DNA from: Planctomycetota bacterium
GTDB lineage: Bacteria > Planctomycetota > UBA8108 > SXIK01
Assembly: GCA_965223265.1 (NCBI GenBank)
Contig: OZ244999.1
Span: forward strand, 2,720,001 to 2,784,000
Length of the DNA: 64,000 nucleotides
Reading direction: 5' to 3'
Shown here: positions 29,240 to 38,443 of the stretch, piece after piece
How positions within the stretch are numbered: position 1 is the stretch's first letter
How the letters are laid out: each line of letters begins with the position of its first letter
The notes under the pieces: generated by a model
Database searches by the model: none
What the model saw: only the letters and a program-made list of their open reading frames with translations
What the model was told of the DNA's origin: nothing
Program-made: the position numbers and the translations under genes

Positions 29240-30192
29240 GAGTCAAGCGAGAGTTCTACAAGAACATTAAGGACTTGCCGCAAGCCGAGTACCTCGCACC
29301 AGGCTCGCCCCTCTGTGCCGGGTGCGGTGGGTTGACGACGCTGCGGCTTATACTCAAGGTGCTCGGGGAAAACGTTGTGATCGTCAACGCAGCCGGCTGC
29401 ATGACGCTCATGGCCACGTATCCCTTCACGCCGCTGAAGACATCTTGGCTCTACACGACGATGGCGAGCGCCGCTGCTGGTGCCCAAGGGATTCGTGACG
29501 CGCTCGACGTGCTGCGGGGAACGGGACGATTGTCCGAGGCTGATGACCTCAAGGTTGTCGTCCTTGCAGGCGATGGTTCGACGTACGACATGGGGCTGTC
29601 TGCGACCTCCGGCGCAATCCACCGCGGGCTCGACTTTTGGTACCTGTGCTACGACAACGAAGCGTACGGCAACACGGGTTTTCAGATGTCGAGCTCGTCG
29701 CCGTTTGGATCTCGGACGACGACGTCGACGACAGCCGCTGCGGCAGCGGAAGAGTCGACGCAGAAGAAAAAAGACATGTTCGAGATCTGGCGAGCGCAGC
29801 ACCCAGCGTTCATCGCCACCATCAGTTCGCACCAGCCCGTAGACCTGGCGGAGAAAGTACATCGAGCGCTGGATTTGAAGGGCCCGAAGCTGTTTCTCGG
29901 TCTCGCGACCTGCCCAACCGGCTGGGGATTCAATCCCGAGCTCAGCGAGGAGCTCGCGGGGCTGGCGGTGGAGACTGGCATCTGGCCGCTCAAGGAAGCG
30001 CTGCACGGCAAGGTGCGGCATACGTACATTCCCAATCGCTTCTTGCCCGTCGAGGATTACCTCCGGCCACAGCGGCGGTTTCGCCATCTATTTCAACCAC
30101 AGCGTCAGGAGGATGCGCTTGGGCGAATCCAGTCCAGGGTCGATCGATATTGGGCGCACGTCCGGGAGGAAGAAACACATGAGCGGAGGTGA
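29236..30192 (+). CDS. porB: 2-oxoacid:ferredoxin oxidoreductase beta (TPP-binding) subunit
   Basis: CAGCG, GC, GDGSTYDMG...YDNEAYGNTG.Q, CPTGW. ATGA overlap with the alpha gene. Confidence 0.93.
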   Translation: MRVKREFYKNIKDLPQAEYLAPGSPLCAGCGGLTTLRLILKVLGENVVIVNAAGCMTLMATYPFTPLKTSWLYTTMASAAAGAQGIRDALDVLRGTGRLSEADDLKVVVLAGDGSTYDMGLSATSGAIHRGLDFWYLCYDNEAYGNTGFQMSSSSPFGSRTTTSTTAAAAAEESTQKKKDMFEIWRAQHPAFIATISSHQPVDLAEKVHRALDLKGPKLFLGLATCPTGWGFNPELSEELAGLAVETGIWPLKEALHGKVRHTYIPNRFLPVEDYLRPQRRFRHLFQPQRQEDALGRIQSRVDRYWAHVREEETHERR

Positions 30193-31291
30193 GTGCGTGC
30201 TGGATCAGTACACCGACGAGCTGGGACCAGAGAAAATCGTCTACGTCCACGATGCACGGAGCGGGCTCCGCGGCATCGTCGTGATCGACAACGTCGCCTG
30301 CGGCCCGGCCATCGGCGGCGTCAGGATGGCTTTGGATGTAACGACCGAGGAGGTGTTTCGGCTGGCGCGCGCGATGACACTGAAGAACGCCGCAGCTGGC
30401 CTACCTCACGGGGGCGGCAAAGCCGGGATCTTGGCAGCTAACCGCACGCCGGACAAAGAGGATCTCATCCGCGCCTTCGGCAGAGCCATTCGCGAGCTCA
30501 CTGACTACATTCCCGGACCGGACATGGGAACCGACGAGACCTGTATGGGGTGGCTGTTCGATGAAACCCGACGAGTCGTTGGTCTGCCTCGGGCGCTTGG
30601 CGGCATCCCTCTCGACGAGATTGGCGCGACCGGCTACGGTCTCGCGCAGTGCGCTGAGGTGGCGGCGCCGTTTTGCGGTTTGAAGCTCGATGGCGCGACG
30701 CTTGCCGTCGAGGGTTTCGGCAACGTTGGTAAGCATGCGGCGCGCTTCCTTGAGGAGGCGGGTGTCAAGCTGGTTGCAGCGAGCGACACTGGAGGGGCGG
30801 TTCACGACCCCAGGGGGATTCCAGTGGCCGCTCTCATCGCTGCGAAATCCGCCGAGGGAAGCGTTACGGGCTACGAGCAGGGACAGCCACTCAAGGCCTC
30901 GGAGATTTTTTCGATCCCGCACGACATCTTGATTCCGGCGGCGAGACCGGACTCGATTCACTCTGGCAACGTGGACTCCGTGCAGGCAAAGCTGATTCTC
31001 CAGGGTGCGAACATTCCCGCCACGGCGGCGGCTGAGGCGGCACTGCACGCGGCCGGTGTGCTTGTCGTTCCAGATTTCATCGCTAATGCGGGCGGCGTGA
31101 TCTGCGGAGCATTCGAATACCATGGTGGTGCCGAGGCAAACGTTTTCGACGAGATTGCTGGGCGCATCCGCCGCAATACCGAGGCAGTGCTCGCACGCTG
31201 CAGCGAGGAAGGCGTGGAACCTCGGCGCGCTGCGATCGATCTCGCGCGCGAGCGGGTCGAGGAGGCCATGAAGTTTCGGCGCGCGCGGTGA
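30179..31291 (+). CDS. Glu/Leu/Phe/Val dehydrogenase
   Basis: GPAIGGVRM, LARAMTLKNA, GGGKAG, PGPDMGT, ATGYG, EGFGNVG, GAN.P, PDFIANAGGV. Confidence 0.93.
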   Translation: MSGGECVLDQYTDELGPEKIVYVHDARSGLRGIVVIDNVACGPAIGGVRMALDVTTEEVFRLARAMTLKNAAAGLPHGGGKAGILAANRTPDKEDLIRAFGRAIRELTDYIPGPDMGTDETCMGWLFDETRRVVGLPRALGGIPLDEIGATGYGLAQCAEVAAPFCGLKLDGATLAVEGFGNVGKHAARFLEEAGVKLVAASDTGGAVHDPRGIPVAALIAAKSAEGSVTGYEQGQPLKASEIFSIPHDILIPAARPDSIHSGNVDSVQAKLILQGANIPATAAAEAALHAAGVLVVPDFIANAGGVICGAFEYHGGAEANVFDEIAGRIRRNTEAVLARCSEEGVEPRRAAIDLARERVEEAMKFRRAR

Positions 31292-31393
31292 ATCGATCGG
31301 CTCTTGACTTGAACCTTTGCCCCCCGGAGGGGCACACCGATTGTTCGAAAGACGGAACGGCACACGGAGTCGTGCCTACTACCTTGGCCTGAA

Positions 31394-32842
31394 ATGAACG
31401 TCGATCGCAAAGACCGCCTCAAGCTGTCTCGCCAGCACATGCCCGCGCAGCACCCCGAGGTGAGGAAGCGCAATTTCGAAGAGGTGAACTTCGGCCTTCC
31501 CGTTCTCATGGCGAAGCGCGAGGCGCAGCGCTGTCTTGAGTGTGCGCAGCCAGCGTGCGTTCGTGGCTGCCCGCTTGGCGTCAAGATTAGAGAGTTCGTC
31601 GAGCTCGTTTTGCAAGGCGACTACCTCGGGGCGGCGGCGAAGATTCGTGAAGACAACGCGCTACCCGCCATCACATCGAGGGTCTGTCCGCAGGAAAAAC
31701 AGTGCGAAGGAACGTGCGTTCTTGGTAAGCGCTTTGAACCGCTAGCGATCGGCTATTTGGAGCGCTTCGTTGCCGATTACGAGAGACGAACCGGTCGCGT
31801 CGGCTTGCCGCAGCGGGCACCGCGAAGCGGCCAGCGCGTAGCCATCATCGGGAGTGGGCCGGCGGGCCTCAGCGCCGCTGGCGATCTCGTGCAGAAGGGT
31901 CACGAGGCGAAAGTTTTTGAGGCTCAGCACGAAATCGGCGGCATGTTGACCTACGGCATTCCTGAATTCCGCCTGCCGAAGGAAATCGTGCGCGAGGAGG
32001 TCGAGAACTTGCGGCGGATGGGCGTTGAGTTCAAAACTGATTCCGTGATCGGCGAAGACGTCACCATTGACGAACTCCTCACAGAGGGACACTTCGATGC
32101 GGTATTTGTCGCAACTGGTGCCGAGGTGCCTCGGCGCCTGGAGATTCCCGGTGAAGATCTTCATGGCGTCTACTCGGCGCACGAATTCCTCGCGCGCGTG
32201 AATCTTTCCGGGGCCTACCTGGGCGCGTCTTCTGATCAAAAAGACTACGACTTTCTTGGTGAGCGAGTCGTCGTCGTCGGCGGCGGTAACACGGCGTTTG
32301 ATGCCGTGCGCTGCGCAGTTCGCTTGGGTGCGACGGAGCCGCAGATCATTTACCGGCGCACGGAGAAAGAGATGCCGGTATGTCAGGAGGAGTTTGAGCA
32401 AGCCGAAGACGAGGGGGTCCACGTGATGAGTCTGGTGACTCCTCTTGAGTTTCTCGGTGACAAGACGGGGAGTTTGCATCAAATCCGATGCGTCAGGACA
32501 CGGCTTGCCGAGCCGGACGATTCCGGACGCCCGCGTCCGTTGCCGATCGAGGGATCTGAATTCCTCGTCGACGCGGATGTTGCCATCACCGCGGTTGGCA
32601 CGCGTGCCGACCCGCTCGTTCGCAGCGGGACTCCCGATCTCGAGACGGATGTCACTGGATATCTACGAGTTGATCCGGAAACGCATCAGACTTCGAAAAA
32701 GGGGGTATTTGCGGGTGGCGACGTCGTCACTGGGACGGCGACCGTCGTATTGGCCATGGCGGCGGGGCGCAGAGCCGCGAAAGCGATCCACCGTTACTTG
32801 CGCAGTGGTGAGTGGTCCGGGCCGCGCGCATCGGATCCGTAG
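31394..32842 (+). CDS. GltD-like NADPH oxidoreductase (homotetrameric glutamate synthase GltA / NfnB / SudA type)
   Basis: RCLEC..P.C..GCP, RVCPQE.QCE..C, IGSGPAGL, YGIPEFRLPK, GGGNTA.D, VFAGGD.VTG.ATVVLAM. Confidence 0.9.
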   Translation: MNVDRKDRLKLSRQHMPAQHPEVRKRNFEEVNFGLPVLMAKREAQRCLECAQPACVRGCPLGVKIREFVELVLQGDYLGAAAKIREDNALPAITSRVCPQEKQCEGTCVLGKRFEPLAIGYLERFVADYERRTGRVGLPQRAPRSGQRVAIIGSGPAGLSAAGDLVQKGHEAKVFEAQHEIGGMLTYGIPEFRLPKEIVREEVENLRRMGVEFKTDSVIGEDVTIDELLTEGHFDAVFVATGAEVPRRLEIPGEDLHGVYSAHEFLARVNLSGAYLGASSDQKDYDFLGERVVVVGGGNTAFDAVRCAVRLGATEPQIIYRRTEKEMPVCQEEFEQAEDEGVHVMSLVTPLEFLGDKTGSLHQIRCVRTRLAEPDDSGRPRPLPIEGSEFLVDADVAITAVGTRADPLVRSGTPDLETDVTGYLRVDPETHQTSKKGVFAGGDVVTGTATVVLAMAAGRRAAKAIHRYLRSGEWSGPRASDP

Positions 32843-32844
32843 CA

Positions 32845-32858
32845 TTGAACGTGGTCAA
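32845..32858. promoter_or_regulatory. Possible FNR/CRP-family box
   Basis: TTGA-ACGTGG-TCAA, ~90 nt upstream of the malic enzyme start. Confidence 0.35.
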
Positions 32859-32945
32859 CGATTGCAGTTGCTGTGGATGATTTCTCTGGATGACAGTCGC
32901 TGCGCTTGAGTTGTGCAGTCGGAGCCGGTAGGAGGAGGCATCATC

Positions 32946-34334
32946 ATGTGTCGACCGAAACGAGCGATGGCGTCGAAGGCCGAGTCGTCCGGAGCGGATC
33001 ACGAGCGTCTCGCGCGCGCGGAACAACCTGCCCAGGATGCGATGCGGCTGCACCCGTTCTATCGAGGCAAGGTGCAGACGATGCTGAAGTGCCCCGTTCG
33101 CGACTACAGTGATTTTGCCGTCTGGTATACGCCCGGCGTGGCCGCCCCTTGTAAAGCGATTCAGCGAGACGGGAGCTTAGTTTATGAGCATACGAACAAG
33201 GGCAACACGATCGCGGTTGTCTCTGACGGCTCGCGTGTCCTCGGCCTGGGCGACATAGGACCGGAAGCTGGGCTTCCCGTCATGGAGGGGAAGGCGCTCC
33301 TGTTCAAGTTCCTTGGCGGCGTTGACGCCGTACCGATCTGTATAGGAACGCGTGATCCCGACGAAATCATTCGCACCACGAAGCTCCTGGAGCCATCGTT
33401 CGGTGGGATCAACCTTGAGGATCTCTCCCAGCCGAAGTGCTTTGATGTACTCGACAAGCTGCAGGAGGAGATGAACATCCCAGTCTGGCACGATGACCAG
33501 CAAGGGTCAGCGACTGTGCTCGTCGCCGGACTCTTGAATGCGCTCAAGCTGACTGGCAGAACGATCCGCGATGTGAAAGTCGCTATGGTCGGCATGGGGG
33601 CGGCGAACGTCGCGACGTATCGTTTGATCACGCGCCTTGGAGTTGATCCGGCCGGCGTCGTCGCCTGTGATAGCAAAGGGGTGCTCCACCAAGGTCGAGA
33701 CGACATCGAAGCGGCTCAGGACCGTTACCGTGACAAGTGGAATGTCTGTCGGGAAACCAATGCCGAGGGAGTGGTCGGTGGCATTTTGGAAGCGCTCCGT
33801 GGCGCGGATGTTTGCATCGCTTTCTCCAGTCCGGGACCGCGGACCATCGAGCCGGAGTGGATTGAAGGGATGGCGAAGGACGCGATCGTGTTCGCGTGCG
33901 CCAACCCCATCCCGGAGATTTGGCCGTGGGAGGCGAGCCAGGCGGGTGCCAGGATCGTCGCCACGGGACGAAGCGATTTCCCGAACCAGGTGAACAACTC
34001 ACTGTGCTTTCCGGCGATCTTCCGCGGAGCTCTGGACGTTCGGGCGCGCACCATCACCGACGAGATGGCCCTCGCGGCTGCCGAGCGCCTGGCGCAGTGC
34101 TCAGCAGCAGGTGATCTGAACGAGGAGAGTCTCCTGCCACGCATGGATCAGTGGGAAGTGTTTCCCCGGGTCGCGGTGGCGACTGCGATGAAGGCTCAGG
34201 CCCAGGGTGTGGCTCGCTTGGAGAAGACGGAGGAGCAGCTCAGCCTCGAGGCGCTGGAGATCATCGGTGAGGCTCAGAGGGCGGTGCGACTGCTCATGGA
34301 CCAAGGGCTGATCAAGGATGCACCGTCGACTTAA
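32946..34334 (+). CDS. NAD(P)-dependent malic enzyme (no PTA domain)
   Basis: YTPGVA, DG.RVLGLGDIG...PVMEGKALLFK, INLED, HDDQQG, FACANP.PE, TGRSDFPNQVNN. GGAGGAGG RBS. Confidence 0.95.
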   Translation: MCRPKRAMASKAESSGADHERLARAEQPAQDAMRLHPFYRGKVQTMLKCPVRDYSDFAVWYTPGVAAPCKAIQRDGSLVYEHTNKGNTIAVVSDGSRVLGLGDIGPEAGLPVMEGKALLFKFLGGVDAVPICIGTRDPDEIIRTTKLLEPSFGGINLEDLSQPKCFDVLDKLQEEMNIPVWHDDQQGSATVLVAGLLNALKLTGRTIRDVKVAMVGMGAANVATYRLITRLGVDPAGVVACDSKGVLHQGRDDIEAAQDRYRDKWNVCRETNAEGVVGGILEALRGADVCIAFSSPGPRTIEPEWIEGMAKDAIVFACANPIPEIWPWEASQAGARIVATGRSDFPNQVNNSLCFPAIFRGALDVRARTITDEMALAAAERLAQCSAAGDLNEESLLPRMDQWEVFPRVAVATAMKAQAQGVARLEKTEEQLSLEALEIIGEAQRAVRLLMDQGLIKDAPST

Positions 34335-34561
34335 CGTTAAAGGTAGCCGCGAGGAAAGAACCGTTCAGCTAAGCTCGAGGCCTAGCCTAGCAGGCCGTTG
34401 AGAAGGGAATTTGCGCAACGAGCGCCGAGACGTCCCCCTCCGTTGCCTCTGTTCCACGAGCCTCAACGTGGCGGGCATCCTGACTTGGCACCGCGATTCG
34501 GCTTGGCGTTTTGGCATTATGGGCGTTCACCAGAGGGCGGTTCACGGTCAGTGAATCGGCG

Positions 34562-35227
34562 TTACTTGCACCCGTATTCAATCCTCAACCTCAGCGACGC
34601 AGGCGGGGGAATATCATTCGGGTTCGGAACGACAACACCTGTCGGGCAGGTCTCATCGCTGCGCAGGCGCGTCGAGATACTCCAGGTTCCTGTGGGTGAT
34701 TGACCGTTGAATACCGAGGTTGAAGAATTCGCGGCGATTGGCGATGTAAATGCATGGCTCACAGTAACGTTTCGACTGTTGGGATTGTGGACGTTCTGGA
34801 TCACCTCGTTCTTCGCGAATTTTCTCGGCGCACCATCTTTGACCTCGGTCTCATAGGTCGCGTGAGTGCTCGAGCAGCTTTTTTGCAGGAGCACCAGATT
34901 GAGTACTTGTCCGGATCGACCCACTTCGACAGTTGCAGAGTCTTGCTTCAATCCCACCGACGAATGTCCCGTGATGACGAATTTGGTCGTACCGTCTACT
35001 GTGATCTTTCTAGATCCGGACGCTCCATTCACCGGAGTGATGAATTGCCCGATTTCCGGGGCGACTTCGTAGTTACCGACGCGAGACACTTTCCAAGAGA
35101 CGGTGACCTCACCTTTGTCGCAGATCAAGCTTGGATTTACGGAGATTTCGACGGAGGGTTTCGGACATCCCAAGAGGAATGACGACGAGACGAGCGCAGC
35201 CAGCTTCAGAAGAGTGTAGGTATGCAT
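34562..35227 (-). CDS. Hypothetical lipoprotein, beta-rich
   Basis: MHTYTLLK...FLLGC lipobox, Ig-like strands, FNGQSPTGTW motif. Confidence 0.7.
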   Translation of the reverse strand: MHTYTLLKLAALVSSSFLLGCPKPSVEISVNPSLICDKGEVTVSWKVSRVGNYEVAPEIGQFITPVNGASGSRKITVDGTTKFVITGHSSVGLKQDSATVEVGRSGQVLNLVLLQKSCSSTHATYETEVKDGAPRKFAKNEVIQNVHNPNSRNVTVSHAFTSPIAANSSTSVFNGQSPTGTWSISTRLRSDETCPTGVVVPNPNDIPPPASLRLRIEYGCK

Positions 35228-35846
35228 GTGACGACCTCGGCTTATCAAACTACCTGGCCCAGTGTGTCGAGTTCGAAATCGTCGAAAGAATCGACGTCGC
35301 ACGCTCTCGTGGGAAGAGCGCTGCGCGGCGACAATTCGCGAAATGGAAGAAACGAGCGTTCCGGCTTTGTTACCTGAATTTCAGACTCGGCACACCTGGA
35401 GACGAGCTGCGTTGATCACGCAACTGACCATCCACGACGCGAATGAAGCAAAAACGAAACCGGGCTCGTCCATCACGCACCCCTTCAGGCTTTCCTCTGT
35501 AGGTTTGCGGGACCAAGCTGCAAACGTTGTTCCATTTGCACGCGTGACGTGGTGCTCAGGGGAATGCTGGTCTATGTCCTCGGTGTGTGACCGACGGACG
35601 ATAGACGAGCGGAGGAGAAGGCGAGGAATTCAGCCCGATATGGGAAATTTCCGACAGCCGATGAGCTCGATTGTTGGAGGGTGTCGACCCTCGCGCACGA
35701 GAACGGTGGGAGGACCCTGGATTGCCGCTGCGTGGGACGATGACTTTCGCGAGACAGTGCAGAGCTCGGACCTCTCCGTTGTCAAAGAGGTGAGCGGAGA
35801 GTTCGTTCAATGAGACCGTCGGGTCGACCCGGTGTTGGCGATCCCC

Positions 35847-38108
35847 TCAGAAGACATGCGGGCGCCGTGGACCCCGATACGGCTCGGCGCCGTGCTGCGC
35901 TTCGCGCTCTTCGACGGTGAGAAGACTTGGGTCAGTTGTGGTGGGCGCCTTGATCAAGCCGTAGTAGCGGCCCATCCAGTAGGCATCCAGATAGCTGGAT
36001 GGATCGAGGATGTTGCGGCTGCCACCGCCGTCGAGTTCGAGCGGATTGCGATCCCAGCGGCGGATGCCTTGCTCGCGCGGCCCCATGGCCTTGGTGTCCG
36101 TCACGTAGTTGGTGTAGCCCGCTGGGACGTCGAGATCGTGGCGGTGTGAGTTGGTGAAACGATAGTCGGTGCAGTCGAGCGGGTAGTCGCGCAGGTGCTG
36201 GACGGCCTCCTCGTTCTGACAGGCGTTTCCCGTGAGTGCGCCGTAGATATAGTTGAACCAAGTCTGGTTCTCGAAGCGTTTGATCTCCCAGCTGCGCTGC
36301 AGGCTGCGCATGTACGTGCCGCGCAGCTTTCGATCCTTCTCGTAGCGCAGCAGCGGATAGTAGGCCAGGAACGCCAAGCGATCGTCGAAGTGCGTGTAGC
36401 CGGGGAAAACGATCTTCGTCCGCAGCACGTTCTCAGGGTATTGCCATCCGAGCAGCTGCTCCTTGGCTCGCGCGTACTTGTCACTGCCGACGATGTGCTG
36501 CGCGGTGGCGATCATGCTCAGCGCTTGGCATGAGTTCAGGCCGCGCTCGTCCGTGTGGTACGGGCTGAAGATGAACTCCGGCTCCCAGCGCGCCCACACG
36601 GTCGGCTTGCCATCGAGGTCGCGCAGCACCCAACCACTATCGATGATGTGATCCATGATCCGCTGGATGTGCTCGACGACAGCGCGCTTGATCTCACCTT
36701 CTGCGACCAGTTCGTAGAAGATTGAAGCTGTGTAGTAGTGGGCGATGACCTCGTCGCTCGACGTATCTCCCTTCCACTCCCACTTGCCGTCCTCTGTCGG
36801 ATTCCACTCGGCGGCGCGGCCTGCCGAGCCGCCGGTCGCCTTGATGGCTTCCTCGCCGACGGCGTAGATCGCGCGAGCGGGAAAGCCGCGCATGGGGGTG
36901 ATCTCTTCCAGCCATTTGATCGTCTTAAAGACGTCGATGGCTTCGTCCCGCACCGTGGGGTCGCCGGTAACGGCCCACTCAAAGCAAAGTGCGTCGAGGT
37001 AGTGGCACGCCCAGCCGCCGTCGTTGTCACCGAGGAATCGAATGTACGTGCCATCGGGGCGAGGGAGTAGAGTGTTGACGAAACCCAAACGCTTCATACC
37101 CCATTCCTTCATCCAGCGTTTGTACCAAGCCGCCTTCTTCTGCAAGGTGTAGGGCTCGTAGCGGACGATGCCTAGACCGCCGTCGGTCGCGATGTAGGCG
37201 ACGTTGTCACCGCACGCGATGGCGTTGACGCTCTCATGCGGGATCCAGCGCTCGTGGCCGAAATAGTGAAACTCGCCTCCGACGACACGAACGGCGCCGC
37301 GCCGCGTGCCCACCCAGTAATCGCGATCGAAGCCTGCTGCCGTGCAGGTCGTCTCTTCATAGCACAGACCGTCAGCGCCAGTGATCGTGTTCCACGACAT
37401 CCCTCGCAGCACGGCGAGTCCCTTGTCGGTGGCGACGAAGAGTTCGCTGTCGCGAGCAAGCAGGTCTTGGGTCACTACGCTGCGAGGCAGGTGCCCCCAG
37501 TCTTCGACGTCGTCGTATTCGTAGCGGTCGCCATCGAAAAAGCCAACGCGGTCAGCGTGGCGCACGTACAAAGTCTCGCTGTAGGAAGCTACCCCCTCGA
37601 TGGGCCAGCGGCTCGGACGATCGTGAAGTGGCTTGAGTCCGTCGTCCGTGACGCGATTAAGGCGGTCGCGGGCTGCGACGACGATAGCGCCAACGTGTGA
37701 ACAGACGTCGACGAAGCCATTGCGCGCAGCGTCGTCTCCGACCTTCGCCACTTGCGACCAGCCGTTGTTGGCGGTGTAGCGCCACAACTCACGTTCGGTG
37801 ACTGCCCACAGACTATTATCTAACGTGCGCAGTCGACGGACCTCAGCTCGAGGTCCGTCGGCACCGACGAGTCGGTCTCCTTCGACCCTCTGCACTCCCT
37901 CGGGCGAGCCGACGTACGCAACACCGTTGAGCACAGCGACGCTGAGGAGTGGGCGTTCGGTCGCAATCTGAGAACCGATCTCTTGCAGGTACACCTCGTC
38001 GACGAGAGGTTTCCACCGCGGATTCGGGGGAATCGGAAGCTCCGCGAAGGCCGAGCTCGAAACGCCGGCCAGGGTGAAGGCCGCTATCAATGTGAAGATC
38101 CGTGACAT
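35847..38108 (-). CDS. Secreted hypothetical protein: beta-propeller + helical (alpha/alpha barrel-like) domain
   Basis: GGAGAGG RBS and signal peptide ending AFA. Propeller motifs VATDKGL, ITGADGL, WVGT..G, IATDGGL. DNDG.W and WKGDTSSDE motifs. Confidence 0.8.
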   Translation of the reverse strand: MSRIFTLIAAFTLAGVSSSAFAELPIPPNPRWKPLVDEVYLQEIGSQIATERPLLSVAVLNGVAYVGSPEGVQRVEGDRLVGADGPRAEVRRLRTLDNSLWAVTERELWRYTANNGWSQVAKVGDDAARNGFVDVCSHVGAIVVAARDRLNRVTDDGLKPLHDRPSRWPIEGVASYSETLYVRHADRVGFFDGDRYEYDDVEDWGHLPRSVVTQDLLARDSELFVATDKGLAVLRGMSWNTITGADGLCYEETTCTAAGFDRDYWVGTRRGAVRVVGGEFHYFGHERWIPHESVNAIACGDNVAYIATDGGLGIVRYEPYTLQKKAAWYKRWMKEWGMKRLGFVNTLLPRPDGTYIRFLGDNDGGWACHYLDALCFEWAVTGDPTVRDEAIDVFKTIKWLEEITPMRGFPARAIYAVGEEAIKATGGSAGRAAEWNPTEDGKWEWKGDTSSDEVIAHYYTASIFYELVAEGEIKRAVVEHIQRIMDHIIDSGWVLRDLDGKPTVWARWEPEFIFSPYHTDERGLNSCQALSMIATAQHIVGSDKYARAKEQLLGWQYPENVLRTKIVFPGYTHFDDRLAFLAYYPLLRYEKDRKLRGTYMRSLQRSWEIKRFENQTWFNYIYGALTGNACQNEEAVQHLRDYPLDCTDYRFTNSHRHDLDVPAGYTNYVTDTKAMGPREQGIRRWDRNPLELDGGGSRNILDPSSYLDAYWMGRYYGLIKAPTTTDPSLLTVEEREAQHGAEPYRGPRRPHVF

Positions 38109-38328
38109 AGACGTTGCACCTCTCCTGGCTCGCTGCGAGGTTGTTCGACCGGCGTGCGACACGCGCGGCTGTTTCTCTGATCGTTGGTTGATTTGCGGAG
38201 CGTGTATCGTACCCTCTAGCCGTGGTGAAGCGAACGCTTCGTCGCCGAGAGAGCGCTCAGCGAACCAGTGAGCTGACGTTCTCGTGCACTCGAGTGCTCT
38301 AGCGTCAGCATTTCGTATCGGTGCCGGC

Positions 38329-38411
38329 GCACAACGACTAGCGCGCAAGCGGGAACGCGACTGGGCATGGTCCCAGGCTACGTTCCCGCCTGCACGTGGT
38401 CACGAGTGTGC
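38329..38411. repeat. Long imperfect palindrome (REP-like hairpin)
   Basis: GCGGGAACG (38349-57) pairs with CGTTCCCGC (38381-89). Inner CTGGG/CCCAG, outer GCACA/TGTGC. Confidence 0.6.
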
Positions 38412-38443
38412 TCGGAGTCGATGCCGTCGACGCTGCGCTCGCG

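Noticed and set aside
31318-31345. Hairpin and near sigma-54 site (GGCAC-ACCGA-TTGTT) before the GltD-like gene
   Set aside because: No U-tract, and the conserved -12 GC is missing.
34382-34405. CTAGCAGGCCGTTGAGAAG, resembling an IS/MITE end (similar sequence inverted near 3539-3552)
   Set aside because: No nearby partner repeat or transposase, and the match is short and imperfect.
35262-35813. 183-aa ORF in a long intergenic gap
   Set aside because: No RBS or motif and atypical composition. No RNA gene was recognisable either.
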